Below the pieces are notes generated by a model, which worked only from the letters and a program-made list of their open reading frames with translations, was not told where the DNA came from and ran no database searches. Source: Mytilus trossulus (taxonomy: Eukaryota). Taken from it: 64,000 nucleotides of DNA. Positions 1-12,523 of this stretch are shown here, one piece after another (within the stretch, counting starts at the first letter, position 1; every line of letters begins with the position of its first letter). The position numbers were made by a program, and so were the translations under genes. The DNA lies in assembly GCF_036588685.1 (NCBI RefSeq), contig NC_086379.1, positions 84,258,001 through 84,322,000 of the forward strand, read 5' to 3'.

Positions 1-204
1 GGTTTTGATGTTATATTTGTTATTCTCGTGGTGTATTGTCTGTTGCTTGGTCCGTTTCCGTGTGCTGTTGCGTTTCGGTGTTGTGTCGTTGTTCTCCTCT
101 TATATTTAATGCGTTTCCCTCAGTTTTGGTTTGTTGCCCCGATTTTGTTTTTTTGTCCTTGGATTTAGGAGTTTTGAACAGCGGTATACTACTGTTGCCT
201 TTAT
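1..204 (-). mobile_element. Interspersed repeat family A (terminus ATAAAGGCAACAGTAGTATACCGCTG), truncated by window edge
   Basis: Reverse complement of the terminus seen at 3758, 4285, 12045, 23688 and 29192; same-orientation copy at 26070-26410. Confidence 0.75.
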
Positions 205-1370
205 TCTTTACTCTGCAGGTTGATGCAGACAAGATCATCATGTCTTTACTCTGCAGGTTGATGCAGACAAGATCATCATGTCTTTACTCTGCAGGTTGAT
301 GCAGACAAGATCATCATGTCTTTACTCTGCAGGTTGATGCAGACAAGATCATCATGTCTTTACTCTGCAGGTTGATGCAGACAAGATCATCATGTCTTTA
401 CTCTGCAGGTTGATGCAGACAAGATCATCATGTCTTTACTCTGCAGGTTGATGCAGACAAGATCATCATGTCTTTACTCTGCAGGTTGATGCAGACAAGA
501 TCATCATGTCTTTACTCTGCAGGTTGATGCAGACAAGATCATCATGTCTTTACTCTGCAGGTTGATGCAGACAAGATCATCATGTCTTTACTCTGCAGGT
601 TGATGCAGACAAGATCATCATGTCTTTACTCTGCAGGTTGATGCAGACAAGATCATCATGTCTTTACTCTGCAGGTTGATGCAGACAAGATCATCATGTC
701 TTTACTCTGCAGGTTGATGCAGACAAGATCATCATGTCTTTACTCTGCAGGTTGATGCAGACAAGATCATCATGTCTTTACTCTGCAGGTTGATGCAGAC
801 AAGATCATCATGTCTTTACTCTGCAGGTTGATGCAGACAAGATCATCATGTCTTTTCTCTGCAGGTTGATGCAGACAAGATCATCATGTCTTTACTCTGC
901 AGGTTGATGCAGACAAGATCATCATGTCTTTACTCTGCAGGTTGATGCAGACAAGATCATCATGTCTTTACTCTGCAGGTTGATGCAGACAAGATCATCA
1001 TGTCTTTACTCTGCAGGTTGATGCAGACAAGATCATCATGTCTTTACTCTGCAGGTTGATGCAGACAAGATCATCATGTCTTTACTCTGCAGGTTGATGC
1101 AGACAAGATCATCATGTCTTTACTCTGCAGGTTGATGCAGACAAGATCATCATGTCTTTACTCTGCAGGTTGATGCAGACAAGATCATCATGTCTTTACT
1201 CTGCAGGTTGATGCAGACAAGATCATCATGTCTTTACTCTGCAGGTTGATGCAGACAAGATCATCATGTCTTTACTCTGCAGGTTGATGCAGACAAGATC
1301 ATCATGTCTTTACTCTGCAGGTTGATGCAGACAAGATCATCATGTCTTTACTCTGCAGGTTGATGCAGAC
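205..1370. repeat. Minisatellite, 38-bp unit TCTTTACTCTGCAGGTTGATGCAGACAAGATCATCATG, about 30.7 copies
   Basis: Period 38 (205, 243, 281...); only one variant unit seen (TCTTTTCTCT near 851). Confidence 0.98.
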
Positions 1371-1589
1371 TAAACCATCTTAATAGTTAATTCAGTTAAA
1401 AAATGCAAAATTATCTCAGGAAAACATATTACTAGTAGATTATTTCAATAGATCGTTTACTTGTATGCGTAAGGGAACACACGAACTCAAAGTTGTTTTA
1501 CATCTAATAGGAAAAACACATATTCTAACAACGTTAAGAAAGTAAAATACTAAAAGAAAAGACCACCATCTGGCAAAGTGCGGGTCAAA

Positions 1590-1867
1590 CATGCATTTTT
1601 GCGCCTGTCCCAAGTCAGGAGCCTCTGGCCTTTGTTAGTCTTGTATTATTTTAATTTAAGTTTCTTGTGTACAATTTGTAAATTAGTATGGCGTTCATTA
1701 TCACTAAACTAGTATATATTTGTTTAGGGGCCAGCTGAAGGACGCATCCGGGTGTGGGATTTTCTCGCTACATTGAAGACCTGTTGGTGACCTTCTGCTC
1801 TTGTTTTTTTATTTGGTCGGGTTGTTGTCTCTTTGACACATTCCCCATTTTCATTCTCAATTTTATT
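1590..1867 (-). mobile_element. Interspersed repeat family C (SINE/MITE-like; terminus AATAAAATTGAGAATGGAAATGGGGAATGTGTC)
   Basis: Highly similar copies at 36268-36466 (+), 38730-39036 (-) and 49400-49690 (-). Confidence 0.8.
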
Positions 1868-3757
1868 AGTAGTAAGAAAAAAAATATATGTACTTTTTAG
1901 TTTGATAAGACAAGTTGATAATGTTCCTTCTGTTGTTTAAGCTGAAATTGAAAAGAAAACTCTACTTTTTAAAATTGTTTTACTACTGTTTTTGTCTTTT
2001 TGATAGCTGACAATAATACCACAGCTTTTATTTTAGATTTGATAGAAATAGTTTCATCAACGTAGATGCAAATGATTTCTTTTTATCTCATTTGTAAATT
2101 AAATTGTAATCTTATTTTACATATCGATACATTTATTATTTTTAACCATAGTTTGCCTAAGAAGTATTTGGCACAATGTTTGGGTATTATTAATGTCAAA
2201 AATTCGGTCTTTGATTTTATCATCTTTTTTTGTTATTGCAGTTCAAATGAATAGTAAGCACGGTATCTAATTACAAAGACAGTGCACAAACAAAGACGAT
2301 GACATCAAATATGAACTATAAAAAACTATATAGAACATAACTTCAAAACATTCCAAAATAAATTATTTTTAATACTTAAACTGTAGAGCACGGCATTGTC
2401 ATAGAACTGTTCAATTCGGAATATCGTGTTTGTGTTAACGAAACGGTTTCCAAAATTATGTCTGTTCAGGTAAAACAAATCAAAGAAAATGTTTTTACAA
2501 GAATCATTAACCATCAAAGCTGTTTCAACTAACTTGTTGTATAGAGATATTTTATACGTAAAGATAATTCGTACGTCCCAATAACGTAAGAAGAAATCTA
2601 CATCGAAATTAAGAATTAACGCTATCAGTATTTTTTAGTTTCCATAATATTTTTTATTATTGGCATTTTCGGGGGGAATTTCCTTGCGTAATTAGAAGTG
2701 TTCTCGCGTTAATCGAGCAAAACAAGAACACTCGCAAGAACAAGTTCATCTCTCGCTACTTTTAAGGTAGGAAATGCATCAAAAGGTCACACATATCGAG
2801 TGTTATGGCGCTTATATATTGAAATCTGCATATTTCAGTTTTAATTACATGCACATATACAATTAATATATAACATATAGTTGTTTTTCAAAATGCACAA
2901 TTGGCGCAACAAATATATTTATATTCCTTTATATTTTAAATATCAACTGGACACATTTCACGTCTGTGGGAAAAGGCCATCTTGCAATTGACCAATATCA
3001 GTTTTCAAGATAAATACTTATTTTAAGAAATTAATGGTTCATCATTTGATTTACATAAGCAAATAATACTAGGAGTACAAAAATAAGAGGTAATATCATT
3101 TTAAAAAAAAAATAACAATCACCATGATACCATAAACATAAATGGTAGCCCTCTAGTCATGAACAAAACGAATTCCAAATATTTAGCTATAAAAGGATCC
3201 AAAATAACATGACATAACAGTTCAAACCAAATAATAAACTCAAGCAATAATAGCAATGTCTTTTGGTGTTGGTATTTTTATTTATTATCGAATTATAGTT
3301 GTGCTGCCTTTTGTGAAATTTATACACGCATATCTAGTAAATGTATACATATAAAAAAGTCTAAGCACCTATATGACCTTATTAATGTTGATTATTTTCC
3401 TTTATTTTCTTCATTTGAATTACTACACTACATTAAGTTCCGGGTAAAACGTATGACACTAATTCAGCTTAGATTTAATGAGGTAAACAAATCTATTATA
3501 CTCTTCAGTATTCGACTTGATTAAGTATGGTTCATGTCATCCGTGAAATAATTTTCCTAGAAATAGTGTTTATGATGAGATAAGTAGGGCGAACTGTCAG
3601 ATGCACACTACATTACAATTGGTTTCTTCAAACAGGAGACAGAAATCATATCATAGAAAAAAAGGTTGAAGAAGTTATTATCGATTGAATGTTTTTGGCG
3701 TTTGTCGTCTCGGTTTTTTTTCCTTATCATTAGATACTTGATGTATGCTAGGTATCA

Positions 3758-3960
3758 AATAAAGGCAACAGTAGTATACCGCTGTTCAAAACTCATAAAT
3801 ATATGGACAAAAAAACTAAATCGGTGTAACAAACTTAAACCGAAGGAAACGCATTGAATATAAGAGGAGAACAACGACACGACACTGATGTACAATGTAA
3901 TTTATCAAAGAGAGGCGAAAGACAGAGGCGAATAAACAAACATATAACAAACGAACAATC
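3758..3960 (+). mobile_element. Repeat family A copy
   Basis: Begins AATAAAGGCAACAGTAGTATACCGCTGTTCAAAA. Confidence 0.65.
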
Positions 3961-4284
3961 AATTCAGGTGAAAAAACGAAAAACGACAAAAAGTATGAAG
4001 ACTCATCAAGACTCAACAAAACACGTTGGTAAACGGTTTCAACAGAACACGATGGTAAGCTGTATTAACAAAATATACATAGTGAAGATTAAATTTTTTT
4101 TTTTTGGAATGTTTGTATCATTGAGTCGACATTTTTCGTTGCACTGCCTCGCAGATATATTAAGATTTCGGTACAGACGTTTTACCAAATTGTTCTTGCA
4201 GTCGATTTTATGAATACAGTAATTATAACTCCCTCGTGCAAACTTGATCTTAGATAAATTTGCTAGTTCAAGGTCCTTTTGACA

Positions 4285-4720
4285 AATAAAGGCAGCAGTA
4301 GTATACCGGTGGTAAATTTTCATAAATTGAATGAGAAAAGGACAAATCCGGGTTATAAACAAGAGAGGGACGAAAGACACCAAAGGGACAGTCAAACTCG
4401 TAAATCTAAAACAAACTGACAACATGGCCAAAAATGAAAAAGTCAAACCGAAAAACAAATGTACATATGACACAACATAGAAAACTAAAGAATAAACAAC
4501 ACGAACCCCACCAAAAACTAGGGGTGATCTCAGGTGCTCCGGAAGGGTAAGCAGATCCTGCTCCACATGCGGCACCCGTCGTGTTGCTTATGTGATTACA
4601 AATCCGGTAAATAGTCTAATTCGGTAGGTCAAAGGCAAAAGCCTAGGGAGACACATCAACTATTAGACGAAAAACAGAAACAATAGGAACACCGAAGTGC
4701 AAGCGAAAAAAATGCCATAT
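4285..4720 (+). mobile_element. Family A copy interrupted by family D element (about 4358-4632)
   Basis: Family A head at 4285-4357; family D (AAGAGAGGGACGAAAG...GGTGCTCCGGAAGGGTAAGCAGATCC) also at 18570 and 31655; family A-like sequence resumes near 4635. Confidence 0.65.
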
Positions 4721-5023
4721 AGAAACGCACTGTGCGTTTGGTTGTTCTATTTTCTAATGGTATAGGTTCAGTGTTGAGATCTCACCAGACAGAATTAACC
4801 CCGCTGCATTTTGCGTGTGCCTAGATGTAGTTGGAATTCTGCGAAATATAATAGATTGGGGTCAATACCCAAGAGGTAGAAACTATTGACCGATCAAATA
4901 GTTTAACGCTGGCAATTAATAATGCGAACTTATTTTATGTATGAAATTATAACTGACGTATAATGATAGTGCTTATATCGTTCTTATATCTAGTTGATAT
5001 ATTATTTATATATCACAACACGT

Positions 5024-5074
5024 CTTACCATGGTAATATCTAAAATTATTTCGTTGCTATGGTTAATATAAAGG
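5024..5074 (+). promoter_or_regulatory. Putative GPCR promoter: two X-box (RFX)-like motifs and a TATA-like TATAAAGG
   Basis: CTTACCATGGTAAT at 5024-5037, GTTGCTATGGTTAA at 5053-5066, TATAAAGG at 5067, about 110-160 bp upstream of the ATG. Confidence 0.3.
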
Positions 5075-5183
5075 TATACGAAATGTGATTGAAATACCAG
5101 AAAGTGTAGATATAAGGTATCAGACATTGGAGTGATAGCAGTGTGAGTGAAAGTTATTTTGAAGTTTGTATTCTAAACCGGAA

Positions 5184-6284
5184 ATGGCGAGCAAAACGGA
5201 TAATCAAACACTAAATGAAACCAATGTTGGTATGTTTTACATTTTGATTGGAACCGCTATAACTCCATTGTGTTCTGCAATGTTAAACATAATGTGTATG
5301 GTTGTATTGTTTAGATCACATACCCTGCGAAATAGTAGATTTCATTTCCTTACCTTATGTTTAAGTATAGGAGATTTCCTTACAATGATACTTACATTTA
5401 TATTACTTGTCAACTCGTCGTTAGAAGAATTAAGGTTACATGTGAAATACTTGTGTCGTATATTATCGTTGTTGGTCTATTGCTCTATACTGTTTTCATT
5501 ATGTCAGACGTTGTTAATTTGTGTAGAAAGATATTTAGCGACGTCAGCGACAAACAAGATAAGAAGAAATGTTTTAGCACAGAAGAAATATATATTTCTC
5601 ATGTTCGTTCTATGTGTTATATATACAAATGTATTGTTTGGATTAAGCGGCTTCAGTTTGCAATCTGGATGTATAGGGAATGAGTACAACTATCTATACA
5701 TGATCTTCTCTGAAGTTCCTTTAATATTACTTTTTATTGTGATAACTATTATTTACATAACCACTGCTGTAAGAATTAAACAAATAATAACTCGAGTGTC
5801 GTTTATCAACAACGATATATCCTCTCTACAATTAAGCAGAAGAATTATTCGCCTAAAAATGAATCTGCTCACCCTGGGACTAGTTCTGTTGATTTTGGCT
5901 ATATCTGTTGTACCAAGGGTGACTGTGACCTTATTAGGACAATCATCAAGTGGTAACATTGGAAATATCACATTAGTCATACCGCCAATATTTAATCCGA
6001 TTATATATTGCATACGTTTTGTCGAAGTACGAAATATGCTGAAACCCAACTGCATATGGCGCCATGCAAATATTAGATCGCCTAGAAACAACATGTCTAT
6101 GGTTCAGGAATCTTATAATACTCCAGTGGAAGCAGGAACTAGCAGCAAAAGAAACAGTTACAATACGAAAAGGCCTATCCACGAAAATGTGTTCAATATG
6201 GAGTGCACAAAAATTACGGTGATTAGTTTAATTGATAATGGTATTGAAGAAAATGATATTCTTCCACAGAACCAATACGAGTAA
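5184..6284 (+). CDS. Intronless class A (rhodopsin-like) orphan GPCR, 366 aa
   Basis: Seven hydrophobic segments; N-terminal N-glycosylation sequons NQT/NET; TM1 LN, TM2 LSIGD, TM3 Cys and ERY (DRY-like), ECL2 Cys, TM6 SVVP, TM7 NPIIY (NPxxY). The ORF track starts at TTG 5166; the first ATG is at 5184. Confidence 0.93.
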   Translation: MASKTDNQTLNETNVGMFYILIGTAITPLCSAMLNIMCMVVLFRSHTLRNSRFHFLTLCLSIGDFLTMILTFILLVNSSLEELRLHVKYLCRILSLLVYCSILFSLCQTLLICVERYLATSATNKIRRNVLAQKKYIFLMFVLCVIYTNVLFGLSGFSLQSGCIGNEYNYLYMIFSEVPLILLFIVITIIYITTAVRIKQIITRVSFINNDISSLQLSRRIIRLKMNLLTLGLVLLILAISVVPRVTVTLLGQSSSGNIGNITLVIPPIFNPIIYCIRFVEVRNMLKPNCIWRHANIRSPRNNMSMVQESYNTPVEAGTSSKRNSYNTKRPIHENVFNMECTKITVISLIDNGIEENDILPQNQYE

Positions 6285-7154
6285 ATGATAACTGTCTTTT
6301 TATAAAATGTAAAAGAAAATATAAAAAAATATACGTGTGTAATGACATTATGACATTAAAAATATATTCCTTCAAAGGGCCATGATATTTATTTAAGGAA
6401 AACTTATATTCCAACGTTAATTAAAAAAAAAAAAAAATAATAATAAAAAGGAATTATTCCTAAATCTTTTTTTTATTTTAGCTTAGGAAGGAAAAGGGGT
6501 TTCATGAATAAACCATGTTTGAATACGTACTTATAAAAATAGTTTAATCGAAAAACAATATTGCTTTCGTTTAGTGTGGATCGTTATTTATGATTGTCAG
6601 CTTTTATTATCGAAGAGTATCAAGTCATGAATTAAATGTACAATCAAACAAGACGTACTGAGATAAACGAGATTTTAAAACAATACTTTTTATACTTTTT
6701 TCATTTATTTCTCATTTGTTCCGATTTTTTTTTGTTTTACTTTGACATATAACTGTTGTTATTTCGGAATTTTGCATCCACAATGGTCTTAAACCTCGAA
6801 TTAATTTGTTTATTCAGCTAAATATATATGGACAAATACATAGACCTTAATATTAATCTGAAATAAATTTCATTGAAACTGTAGGACAAACATAGGCATT
6901 TTGACAATAGAATATAAATGTATGTCTTTTATATATATAATTGGCACATATTGCTGATGAGACTTGGTCTAGTGCTTTTTAAACTAAATCTTTCTCTATA
7001 ATTTACGCATATCTCCTTCTAAATAGACTATTTTACAACTATATTGCCGTGTGTCCCAGTCAGATTAGGTCATATACTGTCATTATTCGTAGACAGCATG
7101 TCCCGAGATTATATCATATGTTTTCAAAAGAAATGCATTACATAAATCAATCCA

Positions 7155-7410
7155 TATAAAAAGGAAGATGTGGTATTATTGCCAATGAGACAACTATCCA
7201 CAAAATGACACAGACATTAACAACTATAGGTCACCGTACGGCCTTCAACAATGAGAAAAGCCCATACCATATAGTCAGCTGTAAAAGGCCCCGATAAGAC
7301 AATGCAAATCAATTCAAACGAGACAACTAACGGCCTTATTTATGTAACAAATTGAACGAAAAACAAATATGTAACACATAAGCAAACGACAACCACTGAA
7401 TTACAGGCCC
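7155..7410 (+). mobile_element. Interspersed repeat family B (terminus AAAAAAGAAGATGTGGTATGATTGCCAATGAGACAACT)
   Basis: Close copies at 43245-43488 (+), 63060-63395 (-), 12380-12523 (-), 30435-30520 and 47260-47402 (-). Confidence 0.8.
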
Positions 7411-8492
7411 TATGTACGACTAACTTCCTCTTTTTACATAAATAAGACACTTTAAACTGAGATTGGCTTCGTTTAGTTTTGATTTATCCATTATATAGTC
7501 CATATAATCCATTTCAACATGTGTTTGACATTTAGTTATTCTTTAGTCCATAATACCAACAAACCTACTATTTATTCCTTCTTGTCAATAAGTAATGTCA
7601 GGTCTTGTCTTAAGAAATCGTTTTTCGTTATGTTAAAAAACTGATTTGCACTGAAACGAAGACGAACAACTGGCCTTGTCATATAAACGTTGGAAGACAT
7701 AATTATTATCTTTTATATACTAATTGGTAAAAATGTTTATTCAATTTGATGATAATTATTGTTCATCTTTCTACTCATCAAGTATTTTGTCTTATTGATT
7801 AAGAAATACCGGATTATTATAATATTCTACATAGACGGACATTCCCGCAAGAATGAAAGATGAGGGTATATATACTATTTCCAGTGGAGGACAAATTTAA
7901 ATTTAGTTTTTAAGAAAGTGTATTGATCCACTTTCTTAATTGAAATAAAACATAAACTTAATAGAAATTAATCATTCTGATCTTGACGGGATCGACATAA
8001 TTATTCCCCAAAGTTTATCTTGTATTATTTAACGTCATTTTTAACGGCGACATGTGTTTTCAATGGCTGTCTACGGTTGTTATTTGTAAACGCAGCTGTT
8101 TGACAATCCACGCCTCTTTTGGGGAGATATATAATAGCAACAGTTGTTTATCGCAGTTCAATAGACCTATATCTATTGAGTCCAAATAAAACAAATACAG
8201 GCTGCACACTAAAACAGAAAAACACATTTATTATAATTAAATAACAAGGGAACATCAGAAACAATGAACTGCAACAAATACAAACGCCAACACACATGGA
8301 AACGGACTATTTGATATCAACTGCCATATTCTGACTTGGTGCAAAACATTTTAAGAAACAAATAGAGGGTTGGCAAATCTGCCGCTAATATACTAATGTT
8401 TAAAATGCCTCTAAAATGAGAACAGTAAGTGATATGAATACAGTACAAATAAACACAAGAACACTCAGCGACATTCATAAATAAGTAATATA

Positions 8493-8697
8493 GTGATAAT
8501 TTACCATGTATTCGGATATAATTATATTTGTTAATTAAATAAAACCTTACTCAATGAAAACATAAGTAGTGAATATCACAGTTATAGTGGTGCATCTATG
8601 ATAATTTACCATGTATTCTAATATAAATCTATTTGTTAATTAATAAAACCTTACTCAATGAAAACATAGGTAGTGAATATTACAGTTATGGTGCATT
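8493..8697. repeat. Direct tandem duplication, about 105-bp unit x2
   Basis: TGATAAT(T)TTACCATGTATTC...AAAACCTTACTCAATGAAAACATA(A/G)GTAGTGAATAT occurs twice. Confidence 0.85.
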
Positions 8698-9379
8698 CAT
8701 TTTTATATGTGATATTTACCATATACATTGATTTGATTCATGTAATCAAAGGATCAATATGTTTACAAAACTGCAGGCTTAAAAAAACAACGTTACATTA
8801 AGAATTGGAATGTGATGTGAATTTGTTTATAAGAACCAATTTTATTTATAATTTTGCCAGAAACATGCGATTTTAACTTCATATATCACATAGACATTAG
8901 TGTTTTAAAATGCGAACATACGCCTACATCATATCTTCTTAATTCAAATGTGCATTTTCCCCCCTTTTTTGTCTTGTTTGATATTGTTAAGACTTTAGTA
9001 GGTGGGTGTATTTTTGTTTTTTAGTTTTGTCTTCACGATTTGAATACTGTGCACGTATTACTTGTTCGTCTATGAATTTAAATTGTCAACGTTTTACAAT
9101 AATAGAAAAAAAACTGCATTTCTTGGCTTTGAGCCGACGTGCTGACATGTTGTATTTTTCCACTTAAATCAGCTTTCCTGTGTTTGTATTTGGAATCCGA
9201 TTAAGGGTATTCTTGGCTGTATCGGGTTTGTTTTATAAGTTTCGTCTACAGAATAGTTCGTTGAGCAAATAAAAAGGAAACACAAAATGTAAGGTCGTTA
9301 TTCCAAGTAATTGAATTGACATAAAAAGACATTCAAGAAAAGATTTATACCAGCTTTAGTCTACTATTGGTAATAAATA

Positions 9380-9570
9380 AACCCATCATAGATACCAAGA
9401 CTAAATTTAGTATATACGCCAGACGCGTTTTGTCAATAAAAGACTCATCAGTGACGCTCGAATCCAAAAAAGTTAAAAAGGCCAAATAAAGTACGAAGTT
9501 GAAGAGCATTGAGAACCCAAATTCCTAAAAGAGTTGCCAAATACAGCTAAGGTAATCTATGCCTGAGGTA
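9380..9570 (-). mobile_element. Repeat family E fragment
   Basis: Reverse complement of GAGCGTCACTGATGAGTCTT...ACGCGTCTGGCGT seen at 25050, 26875 and 27230. Confidence 0.7.
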
Positions 9571-12044
9571 TAATATAAGTTAGCTTTAATCTTCAATAAA
9601 TTGAATAACTTATCATTGAACAGGTACAACTATCGTTAACTAATAAAATTCAAGAAATTATATAATAAATAATCCCAAACAAAAAAACAATGATTGAATA
9701 AAAAAAGGAAATTATATAAGGTGACCAACATTAAGCAAATATTTCAACTCAAACAATGAAGTAAAAATATAAAATTCACCAAAAAAATGAACTCAAAGGA
9801 AAATTCAAATTGGAAAGTCCTCATCAAATGGCAAAATCAAACGCTTGGGCTTCAAACGAATAAAATAACTGTCATATTCCAGACTTGGTACATGCATTTT
9901 CTTACGTATAAAATGGTGGATTAAAACTTGTTTTATAGATAGCTAAAACTCTCACTTGTATGACAATTGCATAAAATTCAATTACATTGTCAACGATGTG
10001 TGAACATCACAACCAGACGTAACAGGTAATACTGTCAAAAATAGGATACATGGGTCAATAGTGTGTTATAATCTTATCTTAAAAAGCAAAGCAAAAAATA
10101 TTTAACAAAGAAACACAAAAAGGCATATAGACAAAGCACATTGGAAAAAAATTGAAGAAACCAAAACAAAAGTTTAACAAACCACAATAAAACATTGACG
10201 CAATGTATAAAGACAGAGCCACGTCATATGTATCAAAGAAACACAAAGGGTTCATAGACAAAGCACATTACCAAAAATGAAAGTAAGAATACAAAATATT
10301 ATCATAAAACAATAATAAAATGACGAGATGTATTAGTACAGAGTCACAAAAATGCATCTTGAATCATGTTGAAAAAGAACATAAGAAAAACTCAATATCA
10401 CACCACATACGCGCTCCATACAACTTAAGGAATGGCAACACGAACTCCTTTTATTAACTTGTGTGTCCTAGAAGGAATCGCAGTTCTTGCTTTGTATACT
10501 TTGTTGATACTGTCCGTGCTATTTGAGATATCTAAACCGATGGTCGAGAATATGTTTACATCAAATGAAGAATGTCTGTTGTCCTTTTCGGATGAGATAT
10601 TCTATATTGTGTATTTCCATAACAAGCTGCATGTGTACTGATAGTAACAACCGGTATCATTTACTCGTTTGTCAATGCTTTACGGTCACATGACATTTTG
10701 TCTGACATTTTTTAAAAAGGTTTAAGGAGGTTCATTTTTTTTTTATCTAATTAGCTAATTCAAAATCCACTAAATGATTTTATCACATACTTTACTATAA
10801 GTAAAGAGAAATCAACTTTCTCAATGATAAAATTAGAGTTATATATATATACAATGAAAGTATTTCTGTAATTTACATGTAATTTTTTTAAATGTTAATT
10901 TGGCATTTTTGCGGATTGGTCAAAGTAAATATTTTGTCAAAATTGTATGAAAATTAGCGATTAAAATCTATTTTAGTCTAAGTGTTGGGTACCCCCTAAA
11001 ACTCTCTAGTCAAAGTAGACATTTTGTTTTGCTGTTTACAGGTAAGGAACAAAGCAACGAAACATGGTTTCATTGGCATAAGTTATATCTTGTTTGAAAT
11101 GACTTGAAATTGACTCGATTTGATATTTATAAGGAAAGATATAATGCATAAGCACACATATACCTGTATTATTCTATCTGGTGTTTTTGTAATGGTTTGG
11201 ATACATCGGCACAAAAAGTTGGACACTAGTGGTCACTAGTCACTAGTATATAGCAGGAAATATGAAAGTTCTAGCTATTTTTTGTGTGTCCGTTTGTGTT
11301 CCTCCTAAGTCATTTAACAAGCGAAAACGAGAATAAAAGAGTACAAATATGAGTATTCCATCGGACGCATCACTTTTAATATTGTTATCCTTCTGTGTAA
11401 CGAAAATACAATATACCTGTAAAGTAAGAACGAAAGTATAGTAGATGTTTTTTTCTAATTAGGGCCTTAGTCAGTTTACACAAGAAATCTTATATAATCT
11501 TCCACAATATTAAGTCTCATAAGACACAAATACAGTATAAGGTCACACACTAAAAGTTTGGTCAATATTTAATGAACACATGAACTATTTAGATCAAATA
11601 ATCTAAGGCAATCATCCCGCTTACACAGACAATTAAATTATCGTACTGCTTGATTTCCCGCCATTATCATCAATGTCGATGTCAGTGAGAATTACTGCCG
11701 CTCTGTAACTCGTTTCTGTCATAGGTTAAAGCACTTAAGGGACTTGGATCAAACAGTCATTCAGGAAATTAGCAGGAAATTCTTTCCTAATTACGTAAAA
11801 CTGAAACCTAATGCTATCGAAAACATTCTTCTGTTCGTGAAATGCTTTGATTTGACTACAACATAGTAAGTAATTCCGGACCTTTTTAATTGATTTTTTC
11901 ATTAAAAAATAAATTAATTTACAAATCAAAATTAGTTTGATCTCTAAAACACGGACAAAGACAGTTTTTGACCATTGTTCTACCTTGGTTTGGAACCAGT
12001 CGAAATCGTTTTTGTTTTGATTGATGTTTATATAAAATATATAA

Positions 12045-12523
12045 ATAAAGGCAACAGTAGTATACCGTTGTTTGAAATTCACAAATTGCTAGAGAATAAA
12101 CAAATCCGAGCTACAAATTAAAACTGAAAACATAAAATATAAGAGAACTTCGACACAACAGAAACCCAACATTAAAATGAAACACACACAGAAACGAACT
12201 ATAATATAACAATGGCCATTTCCCCGACTTCGTACAGGGCATTTTGAAATAAAAGTGGTTGGTTGAACTTAATTTTGTGGCTTGCCAAACCTCCCACTTT
12301 AATGGCAATGTTAATTATAACTTTAAAATGACAACATTACACGACAGGACCACAATACAAACAAACGTGAGAAAACATCGAAACCTTTTATAGCTGACTA
12401 TGCAGTATGGGCTTTGTTCATTGTTGAACGCCGTACAGTGACCTATAGTTGTTTGTTAATGTTTGTGTGGTCTATTGTGAATAGTTGTCTCATTGGCAAT
12501 CATACCACATCTTCTTTTTTTAT
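12045..12523. mobile_element. Family A copy (+) joined to family B fragment (-)
   Basis: AATAAAGGCAACAGTAGTATACCG at 12044; CATTGGCAATCATACCACATCTTCTTTTTT near 12491-12520. Confidence 0.7.

Noticed and set aside
205-1370. 38-bp and 49-bp arrays as CRISPR-like loci
   Set aside because: Units are directly adjacent with no unique spacers, there are no cas genes, and the context is eukaryotic
4039-4575. 178-aa ORF MPHVEQDLLTLPEHLRSP... (also 31620-31868)
   Set aside because: Antisense reading of repeat families D and A; the same peptide recurs at other copies
5357-6182. Overlapping ORFs within the GPCR
   Set aside because: Shadow frames of a real CDS with no independent features
6423-6449. A-run after the GPCR as a retrocopy poly(A) tail
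   Set aside because: No flanking TSD found, A-runs are frequent throughout the window, and intronless class A GPCRs are common
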